53,168 nucleotides of DNA from Pseudobdellovibrionaceae bacterium (GTDB lineage Bacteria; Bdellovibrionota; Bdellovibrionia; Bdellovibrionales; Bdellovibrionaceae), in the NCBI GenBank assembly GCA_049315665.1, contig JBMOJS010000001.1, positions 1 to 53,168 on the forward strand. The letters run 5' to 3'. A program made the position numbers and the translations under genes. A model generated the notes under the pieces. It had not been told where the DNA came from. It saw nothing but the letters and a program-made list of their open reading frames with translations, and searched no databases. Of the stretch, positions 1 to 8,110 are shown in pieces; position 1 is the first letter of the stretch; every line of letters starts with the position of its first letter.

Positions 1-171
1 AAAGTTGCGTAACCAGATCCTAGTTCAGGGACATTTATCTATGAGTCAATACGCCCGAATTTTGCAAAGATCAACTGGGCTTTAAAATCATTTGGAACAA
101 AAATTATCGGTATGAATTTTGAAAAGTAAGTTTCAAAGGCTTTGAATTTATTTTTTGAAAGGTGCTGATTT

Positions 172-795
172 ATGAAAAAGATGATTTTAATGAGTTTATT
201 TTTATGTATGCAAATTGCCACTTTTTCTGCTTCGGGGCAAATTCCGCCACCGCCAACAGGGCCTGCTGATCCAGCGGATTTTGCAGATGTGATTCCGCCA
301 CCACCAAAAGAATCTGTAGATCCAGGAGATGGGATACCTTCTCGACCGCGTTTATCTAATCCAGACACTGCACCTGATTCTAAAAAAGACAGTTTAAATT
401 GCAGCTCACCTAAAAATGGCTTTGAAGTGGATCGCTGTGCCGTTGTTGATTTGCAAAAAACTCAGTGGAAGTTGAAGGAGATATCAAACAAAATAGACGC
501 TAGGATTAACAAAGCCGAACATTATGAATTGCGATATATTTTGGCGAATAAAAAAATAACTCAGGCCAAAGCTAAGGAATTGCATAAAAAATTAAATGAA
601 CTTCAGATAGCGGCTCAGGTAAATAAAGAGGTCGGAGAATATAAAATCAGTGAAGCTTCTGAAGTTTTTGAAAACCAAGCAGGGCTTGAGTTTATAAAAT
701 GTTTAAACGAACAAACTTTGATTAGAATCGAAGAAGTGAAAAAAGAAGATGCTACTGTTGCGCAGAAAATTGCAGAAATACTGACCTTTAACTGA
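172..795 (+). CDS. secreted hypothetical protein with Pro-rich N-terminus
   Basis: ATG ORF of 207 aa. Sec-type signal peptide (MKKMILMSLFLCMQIATFSA), PPPP repeats, then a K/E-rich helical region. No family recognised. Confidence 0.55.
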   Translation: MKKMILMSLFLCMQIATFSASGQIPPPPTGPADPADFADVIPPPPKESVDPGDGIPSRPRLSNPDTAPDSKKDSLNCSSPKNGFEVDRCAVVDLQKTQWKLKEISNKIDARINKAEHYELRYILANKKITQAKAKELHKKLNELQIAAQVNKEVGEYKISEASEVFENQAGLEFIKCLNEQTLIRIEEVKKEDATVAQKIAEILTFN

Positions 796-806
796 TTGAG
801 GTTCAA

Positions 807-2057
807 ATGTGTTCATTCAGAAGACTCATTCCAGTGGCAGGAGTCTCAATACTTATGGTCGCGGTGCTCACGGCCTTTTCGGCTTTTGCCATTGTTGGTG
901 GTCAGCCCGCTGCAGGCTCCACTGCCGAAGACTATGCTGTGTTGGTGCGCGTAGGGCAAAGAGACTTAAACGTCGAAGACAAGGCGCTTTCCGTTGCTTC
1001 AAAATATTATTATTGCGGCGGGGTCATGATCACTAAGAACATGGTGTTGACTGCGGCCAGTTGCTTAAAAAGTGGCGGTTATAGTGTGACTGGCAATCAG
1101 CGCCATTGGGCTGATTTAGGACCCATCAGTAGTAGTCCAAATCAACGCTCACAAAAGTTCATTGACGTGGTTTTTGGACCGCGATTTGAGTTTTCTAAAA
1201 GTAAAACCATCGATGCTAAAAGCTACATCGTGCATCCCCAATACATGGGTTCAAACAATACAAAATCAGATGTTTATAAAAATGTGGATTTGGCATTGAT
1301 AGAGCTGACTGAAGACAAACCAGATTCTACCATCATAGCCAAACTTGCAAAATCAAGTGCTGCTTATAAGTTGCCCTTGAATGCCACTGCATTAGGATAT
1401 GGCGATTCTGATTTTACCAATAAAAGCACCACAGCCAGTCCCGCTGAGCTGCATTTTGCGGATATTGATTTGGATCAGTATCAGGGTGCAAATAATGTTT
1501 TTGTGTATTATCCAAGCAAGCATGGTGTAAACAGTCCTAGTTTAGTTAGTATGGATGCCGGTGGGCCTGTTTTTATGAATGCCGGCAAAGATGGATCAAC
1601 TCCGCTGTTGCTGGGCTTGGCCATGGGTTGCGTGATTCAGTATTCTTTAAACCAGCCCATTCCTGATTATACAGAAAAAGATCGATGTCGATCACAAAAT
1701 ATTTTTCTAAATATCAATAAGCATGTGGATTGGATTGTAAAGACTTTGTCCTACATCTCGGGCGGACAGCAGCATCTTGAGCTCTTTGATGATTCTGAAA
1801 TTCCAAAAGCCAGTTCCGATGTAAATAACCAGAGTTATCAGAAAGCTGCGCGGACTTACCCACCTTCGGTCGCTGGTTACCCACAAAAATCCCCACAGCC
1901 CAACAGCAATTCAGGTCATTATACATATATGCCCGGAAGGCCGGGTCAGGCCCCCGTGTATTTGTACAATCCTAACAACCACAAAAGCCCATCTGCTCCA
2001 AGAGTTACAAATCAAAATTCAAGTTCAAACAGCCCGACTTTGGACGGACTGTATTAG
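807..2057 (+). CDS. trypsin-like (S1 family fold) secreted protein, probably catalytically inactive
   Basis: Signal/TM segment followed by IVGG and a CGG..LTAASC motif, DLALIEL (the Asp is kept) and MDAGGP in place of GDSGGP. Low-complexity P/N/S-rich C-terminal tail. Confidence 0.75.
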   Translation: MCSFRRLIPVAGVSILMVAVLTAFSAFAIVGGQPAAGSTAEDYAVLVRVGQRDLNVEDKALSVASKYYYCGGVMITKNMVLTAASCLKSGGYSVTGNQRHWADLGPISSSPNQRSQKFIDVVFGPRFEFSKSKTIDAKSYIVHPQYMGSNNTKSDVYKNVDLALIELTEDKPDSTIIAKLAKSSAAYKLPLNATALGYGDSDFTNKSTTASPAELHFADIDLDQYQGANNVFVYYPSKHGVNSPSLVSMDAGGPVFMNAGKDGSTPLLLGLAMGCVIQYSLNQPIPDYTEKDRCRSQNIFLNINKHVDWIVKTLSYISGGQQHLELFDDSEIPKASSDVNNQSYQKAARTYPPSVAGYPQKSPQPNSNSGHYTYMPGRPGQAPVYLYNPNNHKSPSAPRVTNQNSSSNSPTLDGLY

Positions 2058-2113
2058 AATGAGAATCTGCAAAGAATCTTAACTGTTTTTGCTGATTTGC
2101 CGATTTATTAGGA

Positions 2114-3340
2114 ATGAAAAGAAGTTGGATCGTACTGATTTTTTCATTGCAAGTGGGTATGGCAGCCCAAGCCTGGGTCAGCCGCACTCAGATTGAGTTC
2201 TTTCGCGAAATCTCGGGTGTCAATATTTCGAACAGCGAAACCTACTACCATGTTTTCTTAAAAGCTGGCAGTAAAGTAGATGTTTTATCTGTTAAAGACA
2301 ATGGTAAAAAGATAGATGATCCGGATAGAATGAGTGTGCGATTGGTGCGATTATCAAATGATCCTAATGGAAAAACTTTTTATATCTTTAATAGTAGTAA
2401 AGACTCAAGATGGCAGTCGAATGCAGATGGTACACTAACCGCGACGAAGGATACTCGTTCTAATATTACAAGTGAATGGGTGCAGTCACAAAAACCGGGT
2501 TTTACATTATCATCCTCAGCGCCAAGTTTATCCGCACCAGTGGCGCCAGCCAAAATAGTCGCTGATCCAGAGCCTCAAAATCAAAAGGGAGCCGAAAGTG
2601 TTTCTGCAGAGCCTAAAAAACCAAGCCCTCCTTTTGATCCGCTGGCAGTCAAAGTTGCGCCAGTTGCACAGAAGCGCGAAGAGAAAATAATAAATTTGAA
2701 TGCTAGGCAAGCGGCGGCAGAAGTTGTTCCAACAAATGTCGCCAACGAACCATCCGTTGAAAGAACTTTAGCTGGGATCAACAATCTAAATGGTCACAAT
2801 AATGATTGTACAACGGGACGTTGTGAAACTTCAGATGCAACAGCTGCCGGTGATGGGCCTGCGATGCAGGATCCTGTGCCAGTGACAGCATCACCCACAA
2901 CTTTGAAATTTCAGAAAAAAGCGATTGATGGCAAGTCTGTGCAAACCGCTGCTGCTAATGCAAAGATTTTTAAAGTGGACTTTACTGGTCAAACAAGAAC
3001 AATTGTATTGAATAACACTCCGCCTATCAATGGAGGCTTAGTTCCCGGAAGAATCATAAATCCTGGACAACAAATTGAAGCTTATTTTTCTACTGAAAAT
3101 GATCCAAAGAGGGCCATTCAACAGTGTGCAAGCAAGTATGGCAGCAAAGACCAAGTTGATATTAAAATGTCATTCTGTTTAATGCTTGTTACTCAAAAAA
3201 AATGTGGTGGTCTTATAAATCCTGATTTTATCAGTGCTGGTAAAAAGAAGGTGTTTGCTAAGCTAGGAAATTTTACTAAACAAGAATCAGACGTTTTTTA
3301 TTGCAAAGCATACTATGACTTAACTGACAAAGATTGGTAA
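2114..3340 (+). CDS. secreted hypothetical protein
   Basis: 408-aa ORF with signal peptide MKRSWIVLIFSLQVGMAAQA and a central A/P/S-rich linker. No family recognised. Confidence 0.55.
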   Translation: MKRSWIVLIFSLQVGMAAQAWVSRTQIEFFREISGVNISNSETYYHVFLKAGSKVDVLSVKDNGKKIDDPDRMSVRLVRLSNDPNGKTFYIFNSSKDSRWQSNADGTLTATKDTRSNITSEWVQSQKPGFTLSSSAPSLSAPVAPAKIVADPEPQNQKGAESVSAEPKKPSPPFDPLAVKVAPVAQKREEKIINLNARQAAAEVVPTNVANEPSVERTLAGINNLNGHNNDCTTGRCETSDATAAGDGPAMQDPVPVTASPTTLKFQKKAIDGKSVQTAAANAKIFKVDFTGQTRTIVLNNTPPINGGLVPGRIINPGQQIEAYFSTENDPKRAIQQCASKYGSKDQVDIKMSFCLMLVTQKKCGGLINPDFISAGKKKVFAKLGNFTKQESDVFYCKAYYDLTDKDW

Positions 3341-3362
3341 ATTTCAGAGAAATAAAAAGGAC

Positions 3363-3875
3363 ATGAAGAAGTTGGTGAACATAGCGCTAAATATAACGAA
3401 AATACTTGTTCTCCTGATCTTCACATCAGCGCAGGCTCAGTATGTTAATACTCCGGCGCAACTTCCGCCGTGGATGTTGCCGCAAAATCAAAGTCCATTT
3501 TCAATTTCAAATATATTGCAGCCTGCTAGCACAGGCCCTTTAATGCAACAGAGTCAGCCCTTTTATTTGAACTCGCCCTTGGGGTCCAATTACACTTCTG
3601 GGCTACAAAGTATTTATAACCCCAGTTCTATTTTTCAAAATATATTATCCCCTTTGGATTCTATGGGTGGCACTGGTAATACCAGTGCATTGTGGGGTAA
3701 TTCGGCGTTGACCACTTCTACTTCCCCTTTAAGCATGAGCTTGCAACAGATGGGCGGAGTGCAAGGCTCACCGGCCGGAAGTAATCCTATGTTGGATGCG
3801 CAAAAACTAGAGATCGCCAAAGGGCTGCTACAGCAATATGCGATTGAAAATCAATTGCGTAAAGAGTATTTGTGA
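3363..3875 (+). CDS. secreted Q/S/P-rich low-complexity protein (possibly the N-terminal part of a longer product)
   Basis: ATG preceded by aaaagga. Signal peptide (LVLLIFTSAQA). Ends at a TGA that is in frame with the next ORF. Confidence 0.5.
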   Translation: MKKLVNIALNITKILVLLIFTSAQAQYVNTPAQLPPWMLPQNQSPFSISNILQPASTGPLMQQSQPFYLNSPLGSNYTSGLQSIYNPSSIFQNILSPLDSMGGTGNTSALWGNSALTTSTSPLSMSLQQMGGVQGSPAGSNPMLDAQKLEIAKGLLQQYAIENQLRKEYL

Positions 3876-3941
3876 AGCTCAGAAGATGAAAGTAAAGATG
3901 ACGATGAACCTAAAGAAACCAGCGCAGAACGTCGCCAGCGC

Positions 3942-4847
3942 TTGCGCGAAGAGCGCAATGAAAAGATTCGTGAAAAACGCCGCAAGCAAAACAAAACGCC
4001 GACCAATGAAGATATAGTTTTAGAATTGGACGAAGCAGAAAAAAAACTTCCGCAAAACAAAAAACCCTGTGACGATTGCAAGGGCGCCAGTGAACATCAG
4101 TACGACGGCGAAGTGGCAGAAAAAAGAACTATTACAATCATTAATTCTAGTGCAGGGAACTCTGTAGTTATCTCGAACGAAAATTCAGCAAACTCATTTT
4201 CAAAAAACTATATTAAGTATTCTGACGGAGGTTTTCAAAGTGGTGTTGGCAAGATGCCAATCAATACTTGTAGGGGCACATCAGGGAATGTGTCTTTATG
4301 TGGCCGCGGTTTTTCATTCACTAATCAAAGTCCAACAACGGGATTTGGTAGAGCATGGAACTTTTATGATTTAAAGGGGGAAAATTATATCACAGTTTCT
4401 GACGCCCCTGATGGCACTGTTAGTCACACTCAAGAAAGTTACATTTATTTACTGCCTAGAAGATGTACGCAAAAAATAGCTCATTCGGGTGGAAAAAATA
4501 TTGTTGTGCTACCGACCTGTGAACAAGTGGAGTTTGATGCTAAAACCCAACGAATAATACGTGGTGCCTTCACCGATGGACCCGTGCAAGACAAGCGAAG
4601 CTCAGCCAATGTGCAATATCAGGGGGATGGCGTGATGATTCGGGCCAACAGCAAGGGCAGCGATGCGCGTTTAGGGAGCGGGCGAGTAGCAACTGTGAGT
4701 AAAAGAGGATTTCCATCCTGCACGGTTCCTGTAAAAGAATTATGGCCAGATCAAAGTGAAGATTCAGAAGTGAAATTCAATTGGAGCAATCAACAGGTCA
4801 GTTCTATCATTCGTCGCCACGGCTGTAGATTTCAGATAGATAATTAA
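3942..4847 (+). CDS. hypothetical protein, in-frame continuation of the upstream ORF
   Basis: Same frame as 3363..3875, and the frame is open from 3876 immediately after the TGA. The only candidate start is TTG at 3942, with no Shine-Dalgarno. Charged linker followed by a Cys-containing globular region. Confidence 0.4.
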   Translation: MREERNEKIREKRRKQNKTPTNEDIVLELDEAEKKLPQNKKPCDDCKGASEHQYDGEVAEKRTITIINSSAGNSVVISNENSANSFSKNYIKYSDGGFQSGVGKMPINTCRGTSGNVSLCGRGFSFTNQSPTTGFGRAWNFYDLKGENYITVSDAPDGTVSHTQESYIYLLPRRCTQKIAHSGGKNIVVLPTCEQVEFDAKTQRIIRGAFTDGPVQDKRSSANVQYQGDGVMIRANSKGSDARLGSGRVATVSKRGFPSCTVPVKELWPDQSEDSEVKFNWSNQQVSSIIRRHGCRFQIDN

Positions 4848-4915
4848 CCACCAATTTCAATAAATAATTTCCTAAAATCATTTGATTATTTGTTCGGAAT
4901 AGCGTACAAATAGCT

Positions 4916-5215
4916 ATGGTCTCTTTTCTTAAACTCATAGAGTTCGCAGCTTGGTATGATTCGCAAACAGCAAAGATTAGGGCTCAGATTGACGGCCGGT
5001 TAGAGAAAATTCGTGAACATGGTCATTACGGGCACGTACGCAAATTGAGCGCAGTGCTTTTTGAGATCAAGTTTAATAATGGCAACCGAATTTACTGCAC
5101 CGAAAAGATCATCAATCGAAAAGTTGTGATCTTAATTCTTGGAGGAAATAAAAATGGACAAGACAAAGACATTAAAAAAGCGCAAAAAACAGCCGAAAAA
5201 ATCCATATTGATTAA
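4916..5215 (+). CDS. type II toxin, RelE/ParE superfamily (addiction module killer type)
   Basis: 99 aa. Size and pattern (..HGHYGHVRKLSAVLFEIKFNNGNRIYC..VVILILGGNKNGQDKDI) match the addiction-module killer family as I recall it, and it is followed by a cognate HTH antidote gene. Confidence 0.65.
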   Translation: MVSFLKLIEFAAWYDSQTAKIRAQIDGRLEKIREHGHYGHVRKLSAVLFEIKFNNGNRIYCTEKIINRKVVILILGGNKNGQDKDIKKAQKTAEKIHID

Positions 5216-5483
5216 CGGTGTTGAGCTTTTCAGTCACGATCCTTCATTGATCTTTAAGCGGCACAAAGAAATCAAAAAAGCCCTGTCCGAAGCTTTAATG
5301 GATGGCGATCGCGAAGCTTTTGTGGATATTCTGGCTGGATATGTGCGGGCTCACAATATTTTGGAAGTCTGCCGACGAACGGATTTAAGTCGCACAGTGG
5401 TTTATGAAGCTATCGGTGATAACGCCAATCCATCGCTGGATACTCTTTGCAAAATAATGACATCCTTCAAAAAATCAGCTTGA
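5154..5483 (+). CDS. type II antitoxin, HTH addiction module antidote protein
   Basis: ATG at 5154 is preceded by ggagg. The C-terminal HTH-like region (RTDLSRTVVYEAIGDNANPSLDTLCKIM) is typical of the antidote family paired with the upstream toxin. A TTG at 5208 is an alternative start. Confidence 0.6.
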   Translation: MDKTKTLKKRKKQPKKSILINGVELFSHDPSLIFKRHKEIKKALSEALMDGDREAFVDILAGYVRAHNILEVCRRTDLSRTVVYEAIGDNANPSLDTLCKIMTSFKKSA

Positions 5484-5519
5484 TGCAGTATTTTGAATTC
5501 AATTGTTGCGCCAAAAATC

Positions 5520-7142
5520 CTACTTCACTAAACCCGCGAAAATTTGATCGGCAATGTTGACGCCATCACAGGCGGCACTGGTGATGCCGCCAGCATAACC
5601 CGCGCCTTCACCGGCAGGGTATAGCCCTGCGTGGGAAATACTTTGCAAAGTTTTTGCATCCCGCACCACTCGCACTGGGCAACTGGTTCTGGATTCGACG
5701 CCGTAAACTTTGGCTTCGGGATGAATAAAGCCCTTCATCTTTTTTTCAAAAGCCTGCAGGCCCTCGACCAAACTTTGATAAGCCGAAGCAGGTAATATTT
5801 GATCCACTTGAATCCATTTTACACCCGACGGGGAAGAGCTGATTCCTGTTCGTCTATCACTGGCTGATTTTTCGATCTGCAGCTGCTCTGCGTGCAGCGT
5901 GGGCCGCTTTTCTAAAAAAGCCATCATGCTTTGGGCCGGCAATTCTTTACTGCCGCCGGCGTTTTGCACGCTTTGCCAGGCCGCTTGCTCCATTTGCCGG
6001 CGCAGATCCAATCCTGCAAAAATATTTTTTTCACCAAACCAAGTTTTGTGGTCCACACTGACCACCACCGCCGCATTGGCATAGGGTCCATTGCGATGAT
6101 AGTTGCTCATGCCATTGCAAACCAAAGCCTGGGCTTCGGTTCCACTGGATAAAACATACCCCCCGGGGCACATACAAAAGCTGTAAACACCAACGCCGGT
6201 GGCAGAGTTATGGTGGGTCAATTTATAATTGGCCGATCCTAATTTAGGATGTTCCGAAAACTCACGATACTGAATTTGATTGATCTGTTTTTGCAGATGC
6301 TCCACGCGCACGCCAAAAGCAAAAGATTTGCCTTCAAGGTGAACCTTTATATCGCGCAAATGATAAAGCATATCTTCGGCCGAATGCCCCGTGGCCAGGA
6401 TCACCTGATCGGCGTAAAATTTTTCACCCTTTTCGGTCAACACACCTTGGAGGGATCGGCCATCGTCGCCAACCAACAGTTCTGTGATTTGAGTGTTGAA
6501 AAAAATCTCGCAGCCATTGGCCCGCAAATAATCGCGCATTTTGGGGATCACTCGACGAATTTTATCCGAGCCCACATGGGGATTGGACAACCATTCAATT
6601 TCTTTCGGGGCACCAAATTGCACCAGGCGATTCAATACATAGGGAATATGCGGCGACTTGATTCGCGTGATCAACTTGCCGTCAGAATACAAACCCGCGC
6701 CGCCTTCGCCGTAGCACACATTATTGCGTGGATCTAATTTGCCATAGCGCCAAAATTGGTTGATGCCTTTGATGCGTTCTGTGGACTCTGAACCCCGTTC
6801 AAAAAGACGGCAGGGGATGCCATGCTCCACTAAACGCAAAGCTGCAAATAAGCCCGCAGGCCCTGAGCCCACGATGATGGGTTTGTGAAAATCAGAAGAT
6901 TCAACTTTAGCCCCAGATATTTTTTCTACCGGAAAGTGAAATTGCGATAAAGTTTCATTCTTATCTGCAATTTCTAAGGTGTAAACAAAGTGGGGAGAAT
7001 GCCGGCGGCGGGCATCCACACTTTGACGTAAAATTCGATAGGGGCCATGATCGGGCATCAGCCATTGAAGGTGATCTTCCAACTCTTTATCTATGGGCAC
7101 TTCGATATTTTGCAAAATTTTAGACATGCGTGGTCTTAACAT
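5520..7142 (-). CDS. FAD-dependent oxidoreductase (uncharacterised FAD-dependent dehydrogenase family)
   Basis: 540 aa. Dinucleotide-binding motif IIVGSGPAGLFAALRL and C-terminal GLYPAGEGAGYAGGI. Confidence 0.8.
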   Translation of the reverse strand: MLRPRMSKILQNIEVPIDKELEDHLQWLMPDHGPYRILRQSVDARRRHSPHFVYTLEIADKNETLSQFHFPVEKISGAKVESSDFHKPIIVGSGPAGLFAALRLVEHGIPCRLFERGSESTERIKGINQFWRYGKLDPRNNVCYGEGGAGLYSDGKLITRIKSPHIPYVLNRLVQFGAPKEIEWLSNPHVGSDKIRRVIPKMRDYLRANGCEIFFNTQITELLVGDDGRSLQGVLTEKGEKFYADQVILATGHSAEDMLYHLRDIKVHLEGKSFAFGVRVEHLQKQINQIQYREFSEHPKLGSANYKLTHHNSATGVGVYSFCMCPGGYVLSSGTEAQALVCNGMSNYHRNGPYANAAVVVSVDHKTWFGEKNIFAGLDLRRQMEQAAWQSVQNAGGSKELPAQSMMAFLEKRPTLHAEQLQIEKSASDRRTGISSSPSGVKWIQVDQILPASAYQSLVEGLQAFEKKMKGFIHPEAKVYGVESRTSCPVRVVRDAKTLQSISHAGLYPAGEGAGYAGGITSAACDGVNIADQIFAGLVK

Positions 7143-7203
7143 GTTGTTGCTTTTTAGCCAAGAAACAGAAAAAAATTCACTGCATCGACAACTGGAGGTT
7201 GCT

Positions 7204-8073
7204 ATGTCTGCTGTGACTCAATATTTACCGCGAAGAGCTTTAAGTCGTTTGGTGGGGCGTATCGCTTATTGGCAGGGGCCGCGCTGGTTGGTGTCTTGGG
7301 TGATTTTGCTTTTTGCACGGGCCTATAAAATCAACCTGCAAGAGGCCGAGTTGAATTACTGGCAGTATCCCAGTCTTGGAGATTTTTTTATCCGTCGTTT
7401 GCGACCAGGGCTGCGACCCGTGGGACCAGGCGAGATCTTGCATCCCTCTGACAGCGTGATCACCCAAGCTCATCCCGTGGTGCAAGGCCAGTTAATTCAG
7501 GCTAAGGGTAAAAAGTATGACTTGAATTCTTTTTTACAAGACCCCCAAGGCGCAGACCCATTTGTGGGAGGAGTTTTTTTAACATACTATTTGTGCCCCA
7601 CCGATTATCATCGGGTGCATTCGCCAGTGACCGGGGAAATTTTAAAAATCCGCCACATCCCCGGCGATCTGTGGCCAGTAAACAACTGGAGCACTGAAAA
7701 TATTTCCCAGTTGTTTTGCCAAAATGAAAGATTGGTGGTGTATATTCAAACCCCTTTCGGTGTCGCTGCTGTGGTTTTTGTGGGGGCCACCAATGTAGGC
7801 TCTATTGCCTTGTCCTTTGACACAAGCATTCAAACCAATGCCAATGATGATCAAAAAGTTCAGGAAGTGGTTTATGATCCCCCAGTGAGTGTGGAAAAAG
7901 GTCAAGAGCTGGGATGGTTTAGAATGGGCTCCACGGCTGTGGTTGTTTACCCAGAATCTTTGATAAAAAGTTCGACAGCGGATTTTAAGGATGGATCCAA
8001 ATGGTGGGGAGCCGCCGTAAAAGTGAATGCCGATCTGTCTGAAGTTGAAAAAAACTCCAGCACGGCAGAATAA
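7204..8073 (+). CDS. psd: phosphatidylserine decarboxylase proenzyme
   Basis: ATG at 7204 behind ggagg. Motifs YLCPTDYHRVHSP and the self-cleavage site FRMGSTAVV (GST). Confidence 0.85.
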   Translation: MSAVTQYLPRRALSRLVGRIAYWQGPRWLVSWVILLFARAYKINLQEAELNYWQYPSLGDFFIRRLRPGLRPVGPGEILHPSDSVITQAHPVVQGQLIQAKGKKYDLNSFLQDPQGADPFVGGVFLTYYLCPTDYHRVHSPVTGEILKIRHIPGDLWPVNNWSTENISQLFCQNERLVVYIQTPFGVAAVVFVGATNVGSIALSFDTSIQTNANDDQKVQEVVYDPPVSVEKGQELGWFRMGSTAVVVYPESLIKSSTADFKDGSKWWGAAVKVNADLSEVEKNSSTAE

Positions 8074-8110
8074 AGTGGCGGTGCAGGATAACTTCGTGTA
8101 GTGTCCGGCG

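Noticed and set aside
39-368. 109-aa minus-strand ORF overlapping the start of 172..795
   Set aside because: It is the antisense of the Pro-rich (CCN-repeat) region, which gives a G-rich shadow ORF (GGGG runs). It has no RBS or family signal. The plus-strand ORF has a proper signal peptide.
3873-3875. Selenocysteine or alternative genetic code (TGA as sense) as the explanation for the in-frame TGA
   Set aside because: I see no stem-loop immediately downstream that could act as a bacterial SECIS. Long conserved proteins here (VirB4, RND pump, helicase) contain no in-frame TGA. TGA also serves as the stop at expected gene ends, for example in the ATGA junctions. The standard code therefore applies.
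5899-6737. Plus-strand ORFs (61-162 aa) inside the FAD oxidoreductase gene
   Set aside because: They are antisense shadow ORFs within a well-supported 540-aa CDS that has clear cofactor motifs. They have no independent signals.
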